In this document: piece after piece, positions 38,437-52,658 of the stretch
Layout: the number at the start of each line of letters is the position of its first letter
How positions within the stretch are numbered: position 1 is the stretch's first letter
Assembly: GCF_018350175.1 (NCBI RefSeq)
Contig: NC_058368.1
Span: forward strand, 169,200,001 to 169,264,000
Origin: Felis catus
Taxonomy: Eukaryota
Direction: 5' to 3'
DNA length: 64,000 nucleotides
Notes under the pieces: generated by a model
The model's input: the letters and a program-made list of their open reading frames with translations, nothing else
What the model was told of the DNA's origin: nothing
Databases searched by the model: none
Position numbers and translations under genes: made by a program

Positions 38437-39879
38437 ATCTCTGAGATTCTTTTAGTTTGCTAGTTTCCCAAGTCAGCTATACCTCCTTCCAAGTCTCCTT
38501 GAATTGTTAGCTTTTTTTCTGCCTGGCTCCAATCAGTCCATTCCTCCCTTTGATTTCTGTTATCTAAAATTTTTGAGATCTCATGTGCTGATGTCCTTAT
38601 TCCCATTATCTTTCTAATTTAGGGTTTACACATTTAAATTTAATATTACTTTCATGTAGATTCAGGAAGAAGAGGAAAGAACATGCTGTTATGAACGTAC
38701 TCTTTGACACAATAGATTATTCCAGTCTAGAGGACATTCTCTGGATATATACTGTATGTGTCTTCAGCATTGCCTGGCACAAGCACTAAAAACAGGAGAG
38801 ATTTGGTTAATTTCTAATGAATGTCATATTTGTAAAATGAAACTATAAAGTTAAATGGAAAGTGATGAATTCTGTTTCCTTCTGATGGGGACTGTATCAG
38901 ATAAGGTTGTAATTGACCAAAACTGGTTAATTGAAGAAAAAAAAAAGAAAATTATGGAAAAGATACTCAGTAGCTGTAGAGAAGTATAGAGAAGTGTAGA
39001 AAAGACTGGAGAAGCAAGCTTGGGAAATTGGTGGGAACAAACACAGGCTAGACATACAGAATTATAGCCTGAGCCATGCTACCCAACCAGGCTGGTGAGA
39101 ACACTGCTGTGACCCCACTGAGCACTGGATGATACAGACTACATCAGTACAGGATGATGCTCCATGGCAAGTCTGCCACTCAGAATTGGCTGCTGTTGTC
39201 ACCAAATTCTTCCCTGCCTGTGCTTCTTTACAATTGCTAGCTTCTAAGTCCAAGTCCCTGGAGGGGTCACCTGATTACTAGAGCCCAAGTCATACACCAG
39301 TAAAGTGTAGGAAAGCAAGTATCTGGCATTTTCTGTGACTATAATGGGAATCTCTGCCTCCCCTTAAGATCTGTATCATAGGGAATTCCTCAAACAGGAA
39401 AGAGGTTGACATTTGAGGCAGCCAGAAGAAATGATACAGATGATTCAAAAGAAATGACATGTCAGAGCAAATAGCCAATATTCAGAACCAACATTCAATA
39501 TGACTTTTAGAAATGTAAATGCTTAGATGCCTCTAGAAAATATATTCTTCTAAGTATAGTAGTTGCAAAATGAACAAATAGGCTTTGAGATCTACAAAGC
39601 TATCAGCCAATTACTGAAAATATAAAAGATCTGAAGATTTAGAAGGAAGAGTTGGTACCATTTGGTTCAGCTTCTTACTTAATGTGGAAGTTCTTCTTCC
39701 CCAAGATCCATTTCAACATTTATAAAGTACTGGGGGAGCTCATTGAAATAGGGTTTCATTTCAATTCTAAATTGTTAGAAGTGGAATGTTAGGAATTTCC
39801 ACCTTATATAAGATGAAAATTTCCTTCTTATAACATCCACCCATGAGACCTAGATCTGATGCCTCTAGTTACTTTGAAC

Positions 39880-40110
39880 AGAGCACAGTAGTTAAAAGTT
39901 TTATTTTAACTACTGGAGTCAGACCCATATTTGATCCTGGCTTTGTTTCCTGCTGGCTGAATGACCTCTTTAATTCTTGTTTTCTACATCTCACAAAATA
40001 GGATTATAACAGCATCTACCCTAAAGAGTTATTGTCAACTATACGGAGATAACTTGGTGCTTAAATGAGTAACCAGCACATAGTGAGCATTAAATAAATA
40101 TTAGTAATGA
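39880..40110 (+). mobile_element. MIR SINE
   Basis: ctggagtcagaccc...aatgacct...aaaataggattataacagcatctacc...cagcacatagtgagcattaaataaat. Confidence 0.8.
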
Positions 40111-40680
40111 TAATGATTGATTGATTGACAACAACAGCACTTCTGAAGTTGAAAATCAGCTGCCATGGAAATTTAGAATGATACTGGAGAAAGAACAATG
40201 ACCTGATGTGAGATTTCAGTTGTAATCCTGATTCTACCACTAACCAATTCCATAACCTAAAAGAAATTACCATATTATTCTTTCTGCAAAATGAAATATT
40301 TGGCTTAAATATTTTCGTAAGATCCCTTTCTGCTCTAAATTCCTGAAACTCTATATGAACTTATGTCATTTTTATTACTGAACATTACCAGTTTCCTCAA
40401 CTGTACCTCATATAACTTGATCAACCGATTCATCATAGCCTCTGTCACTTTTCCTCAGCAATGCTTGTTAGTGTTCAGGCTATTATTTTATTAGCATGTT
40501 TGCTCTACAGAATCCTTATCCATATTTAAAAAGTTGAAAGCATAAAGCTATATATACAAAATACAGCAATATAAAGCTATGAACCATATGGCTTGCATTA
40601 ACTATGAAAAGATAGGGCTCTGATCTTACAGATGCAAAATTTGATGATCTGCATTATGTTTTAAATAGAAGTCGCGGATT

Positions 40681-40896
40681 CATATATATATATGTATGTG
40701 TATATATATATGTGTGTGTGTACACACATATGTATGTGTATATATATGTGTGTGTGTACACACACACATATATATACACATATATACATATATATATATC
40801 ATATAGTCTATATGTTTGATCCCACTTATTTATCAACTGTATGGGGGCAAGATATGTTCACCACTGTACCCTGGTATTTAGAGAGTATATATGCAT

Positions 40897-40934
<38 letters not shown>
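40681..40934. repeat. Compound (TA)/(TG)/(CA) microsatellites
   Basis: Read directly; pure (CA)n at ~40899-40934. Confidence 0.9.
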
Positions 40935-40936
<2 letters not shown>

Positions 40937-42651
40937 TGAACTGAAAATGTTCAGCATTTGAGCAACTTTAACTCTACCTGTAAGCAAAGACTGGCATTTT
41001 CCTCTTCAAGTGTGACCTTGCTTTTGAGGAGTGGTGTTATTTAGAGTTTTGAATGGCACTTCAAAAAAATATATGGTGCTACATATTTTGCTAAATTAAT
41101 TTAAGCCAAACTTTTCAGCCATTACCAAATCTTTGAAAAGTCATTGTTGCCTGGACTATCTATTACCAAAAGTTTGGAAATGTTGACTTAGAACTGGGAA
41201 TGAGTAGTCAGAAATTGCTTTTGTAGAATACCCCCTAATTTTGTTTTGGAGAGAGACTAAGTGTGGATGAGGACACTGAGAAAGAGAGATATTTTGGACC
41301 ACAGGGCCATCATTACGCAGATAATATTCAGCTTTATTCAGCCATACATCTCCCTTTCCTCTAGCCCAGATGGTGAAATGACTCATCTATTCCACTGGCC
41401 AGAAAAACAAGGGGGATAGAAGAGGAGCTGTTATAATCCAGATAAAAATGGATGATGCTTCAGAAGCAAGGGGAAAATATTTCTAGGCAATGATGATGGT
41501 ACATTGATAGTACTTGTTAATACTTTACATTCCTTTTCAGATTCACAGCCTGAGTTTCACATTGCTTCTAGGATTCCTCAGTAGTTCTGACCAGGAATTA
41601 TTTTATCCTCATCATGTGTGCAAGTTGTAAACATATTTGACTTCCACATAACTTACTTTACTGGTCTCTCTTTTTAAAGCCTAAATGTCAACCTTCAAAT
41701 GTGTGGCTTTATTACTTTCCTTGAAAATCATCTTCAATTTTATGTGGAACATATTCCAGTTAAAGATATGATTAAGATGAATGTGTAATTCTTTTACTAA
41801 TTAACTGGGGGAAATGGCTACTGGATAGGATGAAAAATAAGGTCAATAATTATGAGATCTGATAGACAAAAATGAAGAGAGAAAGATAAAGAATGCTTGT
41901 GTATGCTTGCCTTTGTGGTTGCTATTACAGGGGATTATGCTGAATCTGTGTGCAGGGGTTTTTAGATATGTCATCACAGAAATTCTTGAATCTTGCATCC
42001 TTCTCCAAAGATCTGAAAAACATTTTGATTTCCAGGAAATTAGACTTGTCTTTCATGAGAAATTCAGCTTCTAATACAAGAGAGACTAGAAATTACTAGG
42101 TAGCATTTGTTCTTAGCTATTAGGGGCATACCTGTATCTCTGAATGTGACTTTCTATTTCATTTGTTTGCAAAGGCATTAACATGAACTTCCTTAACTAG
42201 TTTCAGTTGTATTATTCCTCAATCCAAAAACATTTTATAGCTGCATATTCCCTATGACACTAGGTAAAATCTTTCACTTGTGCATCCAGGAGAAGTGCTA
42301 CACAGCTGAGCCTACTTTCCTGTTGTTATTCTGTGAGTATTATTTTCATGATGTATGCTAGACAAACTTTTTCATAAAATATATACATTTTTATGATTCT
42401 ATAACAACATACCTGACACTATTATTACCTTTTCCTACCACAGTGAGCATCTCCTGTTTTGTTTGTCTAATATATATTTCTCCTTATTCTGGTAATAATA
42501 TCTAGATTTGGGGGGGGGGGAAGAGCCTCCTCTCATTGTGTAAAATCTTGGTGGGTCCTTCAGTCAAGATAGTCATCCCAACTCTGGCCAAGGAGTGGGC
42601 ACACTACTTAAGGTAAACCAGTCAGATTCTATCTTTCCCTAGAATTAGAAT

Positions 42652-42706
42652 CTTTTTTTTTAATGTTTATTTATTTATTTGACAAAGAGAGAGAGAGAGG
42701 GAGAGG

Positions 42707-42779
<73 letters not shown>

Positions 42780-42925
42780 CAAGGGAGGGGCAAAGAGAAA
42801 GGGAGAGAACCTCAAGCAGGCTCAAGCTGTTAGCACAGAGCCCGATGCGGGGCTCAATCTCAGGAACATGACCTGAGCCAAAATCAAGAGTCAGACGCTT
42901 AACTGGTGGAGCCACCTAGATGCCC
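42652..42925 (-). mobile_element. CanSINE with expanded (GA)n(GT)n
   Basis: Degenerate TSD ct(a/g)gaatt(a/t)gaa.ctt. Confidence 0.92.
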
Positions 42926-43188
42926 CTGGAATTTGAAACTTGAGCAGCATAAGAATAAAACATAGTTGGAGCTAATTCATTAAGATAATAGTGTCTATTA
43001 AGAAGATTATCTATTATCTCCTTCTTTCTAGATATCCAAAGCTGCTATTTCACATCTTTTCCAACATAAAATTATGTAGCTTCTCTGTAACTTGATTAGC
43101 TAAAGCTTTATCCACCTAATAAATTCCCCATCTGCTTAAATTAGAGATATTTTCTATTGCTTGTAAACAAAGAATACACGATGGACTT

Positions 43189-43684
43189 TGTGGTAGGCAG
43201 AAAAATGGCTCCTCAAAGGTGTCCATGTCCTAATCCCCAGAACCTGTCAATATACTATTCCACAAGGCAAGGGGGAATTAAGGTTGCAGATGAAGTTAAG
43301 ATTCAGTTTACTCTAAAATGAAGAGATTATCCCAGGTGAGATTACTGTAACAACATAGTTCTTAATTGAAGATGAGGGAAGCAGAAGAGTCCAAAAGAGA
43401 GAGAATACATCTTCAGAAAGATATGGCCCACTATTGCTGGCTTTAAAGATGGAGGGGGACTATGAGCCAGTGAATGTGGGCAGCCTCTAGAAAAGTTGGA
43501 AAATGTCATAAAATGGATTTTCCCCCAGAGCATCCAGGGAAACACAGCTTTGCTGACATTTTCCTTTTAGTCCAGACCTATTTTGGACCTCTGACCTTCA
43601 AAATCGTAGGATAATAAATCAGTGTGGTTTTAAGCCACTAATTTTGTGGTAATTTGTAACAGTAACAATAGGAAATTAATATAT
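43189..43684 (+). mobile_element. MLT1D-like solo LTR, nearly complete
   Basis: 5' tgtggtaggcagaaaaatggctcctcaaaggtgtccatgtcctaatcccc; 3' aataaa...taagccactaattttgtggtaatttgtaacag...ggaaattaatata. Confidence 0.88.
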
Positions 43685-43832
43685 ACTGATAAAACATGAC
43701 TCTGTAAATCCTATATATCTTTCAAGGCAAATAATACTTTCTCCATGAAGTCTTTTAAGTTAATTTTTAGTTGTGAAATGTATCCAATGTTTGTATGAAC
43801 TTAGAGAAATTTATCATGAATATACATGTTTA

Positions 43833-43871
43833 GGTCCCATGGTGTAATGGTCAGCATTCTGGACTCTGAAT
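43833..43871 (+). pseudogene. Tailless retropseudogene: 5' half of tRNA-Gln ending at the anticodon loop
   Basis: GGTCCCATGGTGTAATGGTCAGCATTCTGGACTCTGAAT matches the first ~39 nt of vertebrate tRNA-Gln; flanked by the direct repeat TGAATATACATGTTTA (43817-43832 and 43867-43882); no T-arm and no poly(A). Confidence 0.92.
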
Positions 43872-44037
43872 ATACATGTTTACCACCCAGTTTTGCCAAA
43901 TTCTAAAATTTGCAATATTTGCTTAGTGTTTCTAAATAAATAAAATACAACAAAGTCCCTTGAATGTAGTTTACCCATCTTCCATAAATTTATCTCTGAA
44001 ACTGAATGTATCATTCCTGTGTATACTTCTCATAATT

Positions 44038-44161
44038 TTATATATATACACATATATGTATATACACACATATATATGTATGTATATATACACACATATA
44101 TATGTATATACATATATATGTGTGTATATATACATATATATATACACACATATATATATAT
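44038..44161. repeat. Degenerate (TA)/(CA)/(TG) microsatellite
   Basis: Read directly. Confidence 0.9.
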
Positions 44162-44783
44162 CAACTATGTAACTTTCTCTTTCACATTTTCACTTACACA
44201 AACCTGTATCAATCATTCAGCAACTTACCTCTTTTCACTGAAAATTGTATTTTTGACTTTTATTCATGATGAAATAATAAATCTAATTGGCTTAAAGCTA
44301 GATAAAAGTATAATTCTCTCTCACATAATAATCTAGAGGAGGGTGGTGTAAGGCTAGTCTTCTATCTTCAACATGTGGTTTCCATCTGTGGGATGCAGAC
44401 AGCTCAGTTCTAGCTCTTCCCTCTTCCCAGACAAGTAAGAGGGAATGGAGAAGAGGAAGGCAGTTCCATTGTTGTTTGGTATAACTAGGAAGTCAGATAC
44501 ATTACCTCAGCTCATATCCCATTGCTGGAACTTAATCACAAATTCACACTCAACTGCAAAGAAGCCAGAGAATGTGATCTCAAGCTAGGAATAAAAATGC
44601 CCAACTATAATTTGGAAGTTTTGTTACTGAAAAAAGGAGAAATTTCAACATTCCCCTCTCACTAAGATATACCTAGTAGAAAGGAAATTATCAAGGAAGG
44701 ACAGAAAGAACCTGAATCCTATCAACTGACAGAATCCAGTTGTCATTGATAAAGCATTTTACCCAACAATAGCAGAATACACG

Positions 44784-45003
44784 TTTTTTTTTTTATTTTT
44801 TAAAAATATTTATTTATTTTTGAGAGAGACAGAGCATGAGTGGGGCAGGTGCAAAGAGAGAGAGGGAGACACAGAATCTGAAGCAGGCTCAAGGCTCTGA
44901 ACTGTCAGCACAGAGCCCGACATGGGACTCGAACTCACAGACCACGAGATCATGACCCAAGCCAAAGTTGGACGCTTAACCTACTGAGACACTCAGGCGT
45001 CCC
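44784..45003 (-). mobile_element. SINEC_Fc
   Basis: TSD gaatacac(g/a)tt.ttt. Confidence 0.94.
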
Positions 45004-45747
45004 TGGAATACACATTCTTTTGAAGCACACAAACACTTACCAAGAAAATCATATCCTGGGTTATAAAACACTATTAACAACTGTAAAAGAGTGGAAGTCA
45101 TGCAAGATGTATCCTCTAGCCATAATGGAATTAAACTAGAAATTAGCAAAAGAAAAATGACAGGAAAATCCTTAATCATTTGGAATTTAAAATACACTTC
45201 TAAATACATCTATTTAAAAATATTTCGTATTATCTTATTCTTATTCTCAAAGGAAATTAAAAAAAAAGTTGAACTAAATGAAAATACAACATAGCAAAAT
45301 CTGTAAGGTGCCACTAAAATAGTACTTAGAGGTAATTTACAGCATTAAATACTTATATAAGAAAAGAAGTTTCAAATAAATAATCAAAGTTTCCTCTTCA
45401 AGAAACTAGAAAAAAACCAAAATAGCTCAAAGCAAGCATGAGAAATTAGTAACAAAGTTAAGACAAAAAGTTAGTGAGATTGAAAACATAAGACAATACA
45501 GAAAAATAAAAAAACATAAAAGCCATTTGTTCGAAAAGATTAATAAAACTGATAAATCTCTAGTGAGACTGACAAAGAAAAATAGAAGACATCAATTGAA
45601 CCAACATTGGGAATTCAAGAGAAGAGATACTTAAAGTCCTTGCAGAAATTAAAAGGACAATAAAGGATCACTTCAAAAAAGCCTCTATACACATAAGCTC
45701 AATAACTTGATAAAATGGACAAATTCCTTAAACTACAAGATGAAATA

Positions 45748-45966
45748 GGGGCGCCTGGGTGGCTCAGTTGGTGAAGCGTCCAACTTGACCTCAGGTCATG
45801 ATCTCACAGTTCGTGAGTCTGAGCCCCGTGTCGGGTTCTGAGCTGACAGCTCAGAGCCTGGAGCATGCTTCAGATTCTGTGTCTCCTTCTCTCCTTGCCC
45901 CTCCCCTGCTCATACTCTGTCTCTGTCTCTTTCAAAAATAAACAAACACTAAATTTTTTTTTTTAA
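45748..45966 (+). mobile_element. SINEC_Fc
   Basis: TSD aaacta(c/a)aagatgaa(a/g)ta. Confidence 0.94.
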
Positions 45967-48900
45967 AAACTAAAAGATGAAGTATATAATGACTAGTCCT
46001 TTAATTACTAAAGAAATTGAATTCGTAGTTTAAATAATCTTCCAAAAACAAAAACAAAACAAACAAAAAAGCAAAAGTCCATGCCTAGATGATTTTATTG
46101 GTCAAAGATGGAATAATGTAAACAACAAAATAAAGTAGTAGTGGTATAGTTCAGAGTATGAAATAAATATCTGAGCCCATACAATGTAAGTAAATGATTA
46201 AATAAAGTAATAAATAGGGGATAATAGACAAATCTGTGCAGAAGAATTCCAAATAATTTATGTAGCTACTCTGCTCTCAAGGATGGGTAGCGTAACGCCC
46301 CACTCTTTAGGTGTAGACTATGCACAGTGACTTCCTCCTATACTCTACAGAAAGTGGGGAATAAAGGGTAACTTCACAATGGAGAAACCTGACAAACACT
46401 AACTCAGCCGGATAATCAAGGTCGACATCAGTATTCATAAATCATTTGCTGACAGTAGGCACCCTTGATAGGATGTGATAAAAATGACTCTTTACCTATG
46501 TGGTCTTCCTCCAAAAAGCCCAATCACCCCAGTCTTATGAGTAAAATAGAAGACAAATTATAATAGTGGGGCATCCTACAAAATACCTGATGAGTACTCT
46601 TCAAAATTATCAAGGTAATCCAAAACAAGCAAAGGCTGAGAAACTGCAGAGCTAAGAGGAGCCTAAAATGATATACAACTGTTATGTTGTAACCTGGATG
46701 TGATCCTAGAAAGAAAAAATGGACATTAGGTAAAAACTAAAGAAAAATGAATAAACAATGGGCTTTAGTTAATAATAATGGATCAATATTGGCTCCTTAA
46801 TTGTAAGGAATGTACCCTACTAATGTAAGATGTTAATAATAGGGAAAACTGGGCGTGGGATGTATGGAACACTCTGTGCTATCTTCTCAAGTTTTCTGTA
46901 AATCTAAAATTGTTCTAAAACATGATGTCTATTTAAAGAAAAAGATAAAAAATAGAGGGGAAGAAGATCAAAATCACTAGAAAATGTGGGCAAGATAGAG
47001 ACAGGCAACTCTCAAAAAGGATATAAAAATTTCCCTTAATTACATGAAAAGCTGTTCAATTTCATTCACATTTAGAGAAATGCAAATTAAAACATTTCTT
47101 ATTTTATCTTTCTGAACACTTTTTCTCTTCTGGAAGCTTTGCCCTCTTTTGTTAAAAAAGTGCTCTTCTACCCAGCTCCATCCCTGTGGTTCCAGTTAAA
47201 ACTATCAAAACCACTTGAAACATACTAAGCACCCAGTCATTGTTAGCTAACAAATGGTTATGTGGCTTGTAGCAAAACTCACACTTGAGAAAACTTCTAT
47301 TCATGGATGGATTGAAATTGAAACACGGTCCTCCTCTAGGTCTGGGAGATTGGAAAGAGGTTAATAGTCACTCTAGTGGTCATAATAGAGGCAGCAATGT
47401 TGGCAGTGGAGTTATAGGAGTATCAGGACATATTTTAGTACACATATGTCAGGATGCTATGTTGGGTCAAGGTCAGGATATATGATATGCAGCTACATAG
47501 GGAGGCACCCAGGTTCTGCTCTCCCTTTCCTACTTGGATGATGGATATCTATCACACTGGCCACCACAGTGAAAAGTTACACTGGTATTAGTTTGATTTA
47601 TAGGCTAGCCATCAGGAAAATCTATTTTGGGATTTCCTCCTACCCTCCTTTCTCTCTATGTCTGTCTCTGTCTCTCTCTTTCTGTCTCTCTCTCTCTCAT
47701 ACACATACTCTTTGTTCATCATAAACTTAAGAGATATGTGGGCAGAATATTTCACTTCAAAGGCTGCTTAAGCCACATTGATCTCTGTTCCAGGCTCTGA
47801 GAAGATGCACTTTTGTAGGTTTCACATGATTGGGCTGTCTACCAGTAATGGATATTGAAATCCAACTTGAGGTATCAGCTATCCGCAGTTCTTTTTTTTT
47901 CTTACTAAATTATAATTTCTCACTTTGTTTACAGACCTTTCTTTGATTCATAATATTGTAGCCATGGTGGCTTAGTTTTAGATTCCAGCATAGTAACCTC
48001 CAGATAGATCAGCATTTGCAAGTGGGCCCAAGGAGAGGCCACTAATAACAGTCAATTTCTAGAAGTCCTGTGACACTAATTAAATCTAAGCTACCCAGGA
48101 GGCTGAAGGAGATATCAGAATGTGAATTTATTAACTTCAAATGAAAAAACAACTGTCCTAGGAAATAGAAGACCCATAGTCAGAATGAAGAGCTTATTCT
48201 CTCCCTGTAATCAAGGTATAGGTATATGTGATTAAAAGACTGTCTGGTGAACACAGAGATTTTAATAAGAATCATTAGATCAGTCAAATGTTTGCTACTA
48301 TCAGGACTGAAGTGTCCATATCTCTATGGACATAGTTTTTCCATAGGGACTGGGGTCCTCAAAATAAGATGCCTAAAACTCCCTCTCATCAAGAACCTGT
48401 TGAGATGGATACTGCCAACATTATCTGCTATAATTCTCCTTTGCGTGTGCAGAGAAGGACCCCAGACCACCTTCCAAGACTCTCCTTGTCCAGGTTATCT
48501 GGACTGATATCAGTTCAGGCTGATCTGACATGCATGTATGTAAATATCACCTTTACATTATATCTCTGAAGGCCTAGAAAATTGTCTATTTTCACAGGAG
48601 ACTTTGCCCATTAAAGATATGGTAATTATGCTCATTTTACAGTTTGTCTCATGAAGCAATCTATTTCCTTTATTTCTAAGTTCTTGAGGGCCACTTCTAT
48701 ATATAGCTCTCAATACACACCACATCCAGTTTCTGACAAGCACAGCACTTTCAATTTGTTGCCATATGGAGAAAAACTTGTAAGAAACTGATGGATAATA
48801 GCCTTAAAAATTTATCTTTATATCATGAAATGCATTAGACAGGTGCAAAAATGTTGAGTTGCCAAGTTAAATGAATTACAAAAGATATGTGTGTTAAATA

Positions 48901-49394
48901 ATCAAAGCAGACATTTGTTCTCAGCCTAGATGGCATGCGATCCCTTTGGATCATTCCTCATGTTTTTCTGTGGCTTAACTGATTTTTAATATTAGATGAA
49001 TTTTTATCTTAATAAGTGTACAGAAGAGATCAGCATCAGATGAGATTAAATTTGTTTCTAGAATGAGTGAACAATGTCCTAAAACCCTTTTGTGAAGACC
49101 ACAGCTCATATTTGAGTGGAAGATCCAAATGCATTAACAATACCTAAGGAACGATATTATCAACTAAAATCTATTCAGATGCCGTTGTCTGCATGTTATT
49201 TTTCTTTTCATAAATGTTCGTGTAAGAGATAGTGATAAATCTCAATTATTTTTCAATTAGTCAAAGCTTAGAATTATGAAATGTCATCAACTCATTTGCA
49301 ATTTATATTTTGACTATTAGCCAAGTTAACTGCATTTCTCACACGGCTTTTATTTTAGAACATTTTAAAAAGCTCATAATATGTTAGTTGTATG

Positions 49395-50060
49395 AAATAG
49401 CTTGTCTGCTGGAAGGGTTCCTTCTGTCTTGTTTTTGGTTCATACAGACCAAAATTCTGACTCTGCAGGCTATAGCAAAACTATGCTTTTGTGTCCAAAT
49501 AGGGCAATTCGTTCTGAATTTAAGCCAGTAACTCCTAGACGGTCACTCTGTGGGGCCCCGGGTAGGGAAGAAGGAGTGATTTCATTGATGCAACAAAATG
49601 TCTAAAGCTTTTATGTAGAAATTAAGTCCAGTGAGGAAACAGACAGGTGACCTAGATGAGTTCACCAATCACTTGGTCATGTGAGACTCTGGGAAGTCAG
49701 CAGCTCAAGGAATGAAGGTCTGGGACCCTATTTGGCTGGTGAGGAGAGTGACTGAGATGTATGGCTTTTGGGATGGCAGTAGTTGCATTGTTGAGTTTCT
49801 GGACCTGGAGTGGCCCTGGTACCAGCAGCATTGAAGTCCTTGGCACCAGTGCAAACAAAGGCCCCCAGAGTTGCTGGTGGCAGTGGGAGAACTAGGGGTA
49901 GTTTCTTTACACCATTCTTTTTTGGAAGTTTGGCTGTCGGTGTAGTTCGCCAGCCTTTACAACAATTCTGTAGCCCACAAAGCAGTCTTTTAATAAACCC
50001 CCTTTCTGTTTAATCCTCGGAGTCAGAGTCTATAGTTATAAGTAAGAACTCTTGGCTATA
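49395..50060 (+). mobile_element. Probable ERVL/MaLR-class LTR relic
   Basis: GC-richer block ending aataaaccccctttctgtttaa...aagaactcttggctata, LTR-like 3' end; family not resolved. Confidence 0.4.
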
Positions 50061-52486
50061 TTGTAAAACTGGTAGATATAGACCTGGAATTTCAGGGGTT
50101 CTGACATGGAAACAGATGTTTGAAAATGAAGTCAGCATAGAAGAAAGGAAGGCTGAGAGAGTTAGAGACAGGCTGAGATTTGATGAGTGCCTGGATCCAG
50201 CCTTTCCTGATGCTAATATGAATAGATATGTAAGCCAATATATACAATCTTTTTTTTTTACACAAATCATTTTGGTTTGGATTATCTGTCATTGTAATTG
50301 AAGGCATTCTGATTAATATAAGTTCTTGGTTAATAACTATGTCTTTATATTTATGGAGTGTCAAGGAACTTGTGGGTGTTTTTAAAACCATGACAGTAGA
50401 ATGGCTGGTCAGTGACAGAGCTGGGATTCAAACCCAGGAAGTGAATCTTCCCTACGAACCCAAAAGGGAACTATGGATCAGAATATGATACGTATATGTG
50501 TGCCAAAAATTACAGACATTAAAAATGATATAGACCAATGATTTTCAAGTTTTCTATTTTATCACCAGAACCCTTTAAACAAATGAATTTTTTTTTTTTA
50601 AGGAAAGCATATTTTTCAAAAAGCTGCCATTAATAAAGGTGGGATCTAGACTGGAGAGGTAGGGATGGAACTCTGTCCACTCAACCACACCCTTAAACCT
50701 GAAAACCCCTCCTGCATCTCACAGGAAGCTCTCGGTCTTAGCGTGCCAATTTGAAACTATCTCTTTACACAATATAAAAATCCAGGGATAGGTAACAAAT
50801 GTTCAACACATAGTGTTGGTAAGAAAGGCAAGTTTAAAAGCAGTAGGTGCCATGTAGTTCTATCTTTGTTAAAAAACAAGTATCCCCATTTGTACATGAA
50901 AAAGAAATTAAGAAGACTCATAAAAATATGAATGCACTAATGGGCTTGCAGGTGATTTTAATTTTGTAAATTTGTTATTTCTTGTTTATCTGAATTTACT
51001 ATGATTACCTTTGTGTAGAGAAAATCAAGGCTTTTTTGTTGTTAAACTTAACCTTTGTGTGAGATGACTTCCCCTGTACTGAAACCCTGATCTCATTATC
51101 TTAAAGTAAATCTTTGATGCTAAAGTAAATTAATTTTTCAAAGTTATGCGCAAACTGAGAGACACGGTGATGTCTGGGAAGTCATGCATATAGCAATATT
51201 GGTAGCAGGCTGACATTCAGGGGTGTTCCAATTCTGAACCAAACTTAGAATTCTTGGTTCTTGCCCTTTATTCTATTGAATAGAAACCCCAAACTGCTTA
51301 ATAGTTCTTGAACCAGCCAAGGAATATCTGCCCCTTTCAGAAACATGGCATTTGAATAGACACCATGACGTTATGCTGCAAATAGATGATTTATTCCATA
51401 CAGAGACCTCAGCCCCTGTCATCTCTCTTATCAATGCCTTTTGCAGTCTCACTGAGATAGACATTCAGACAGAGTCATTGGATCTGTTCTGGTTCAGTGG
51501 TGGACAAAATTAGCCTATATGCAGATTGCATCCTTCCACATTTGCATGAAGAAGAGAAAATCGTTATCAGGCCTTTATTAGCACCACTAAAGATTTTGCC
51601 TCTCTGTAGTTTTTAAAACTCACTGACTCAAACTCCATTCTGTTTTCCCCTTCAACATGTGACATCAGGATTCATATATTTAAAGAAAGCTGTCATGAGA
51701 AAACTCATGGCATGTTGGAGTTGTAAGGGATCTGGGAAATCCTACAGACTTGCTTTGCTGGTGAAGAAACAGATGGTGAAGAAACAAATAGTCTGTGGTT
51801 TGTCAGGGTTATGCAGTACAAAGTGGGATTACCAGATTTCAGCTTTTCTCAATTTGGGGCCATTTTGTCCCATCATGCCACACTACTTGTTATGAGAGAG
51901 CTTCCTGAAAACTTCCAAATGGGCTCAAGACCTTTGGCATTTCTTTGTAATGATATTTTTTTTCTTATGGGAACAGAGAATTATTAGCTCATGACCACTG
52001 TTCTTTGGCAAAGTATGCCAGGGTCACTGGGCCCTTTCTGAAACACAGGCTACATGTCTGCAATGAGGGTACACGAATAATATCAGTGCCTCTCCTGAAA
52101 TGAAGCTGTAATTGAATATCTCACTGAGGTCACAGTTTTGCCTAGTGGAAAATAATACAAAGACTCAGAATACACCCTTCTTTATGCGGAGGTGCCACAG
52201 AGACTTGGTTTTAGAACTATGGAAAAAATTTTCTGTCATGTACTCCGCAGTTGCCAATAAACAGACTTCAGTCTGGGGGCTCAGACAGACAGATGAAGAT
52301 TCTCACCTTCAGGCAGAGGAATGGAGATGATCTGGCTATTGATTGGAAATTCGCAGGGAATGAAGTATGAAATGTTCTTCGGGTTCGTGCTAATTCCTTC
52401 TCATTGCAATGAAGAGAAATTTAACCCAAATGAGAGGTAACTTCAAGTTTAGGAGATCCCTACAACTGTACGATAGAATTCTATGA

Positions 52487-52658
52487 TTGATTGAATGATT
52501 GATTTAGAGTGTGCGTAGGGAGACGGCAGAGGAAGAGAGAGAGAGAGAATCTTAAGCAGGCTTCACGGACATGGGGCTCAACCCCACGACCCTGGGATCA
52601 TGACCTGAGCTGAAATCAAGAATGGGACACTCAACCAACTGAGCCACCCAGGTGCCCC
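52487..52658 (-). mobile_element. CanSINE (internally deleted)
   Basis: TSD agaattc(t/c)at(g/t)att. Confidence 0.9.

Larger units (their letters stand above)
44635..46945 (+). mobile_element. Old L1 (L1MB-like) ORF2 fragment and 3' UTR with two nested SINEs
   Basis: cccaacaatagcagaatacac...ataatggaattaaactagaaat; 3' end gatgttaataatagggaaaactgg...ttctgtaaatctaaaattgttctaaaa. Confidence 0.85.

Noticed and set aside
43833..43871. Functional tRNA-Gln gene
   Set aside because: Lacks the 3' anticodon stem, T-arm/B box and 3' acceptor strand.
51759..51789. 15-bp tandem duplication TGGTGAAGAAACA(G/A)A
   Set aside because: Ordinary slippage duplication with no further structure.
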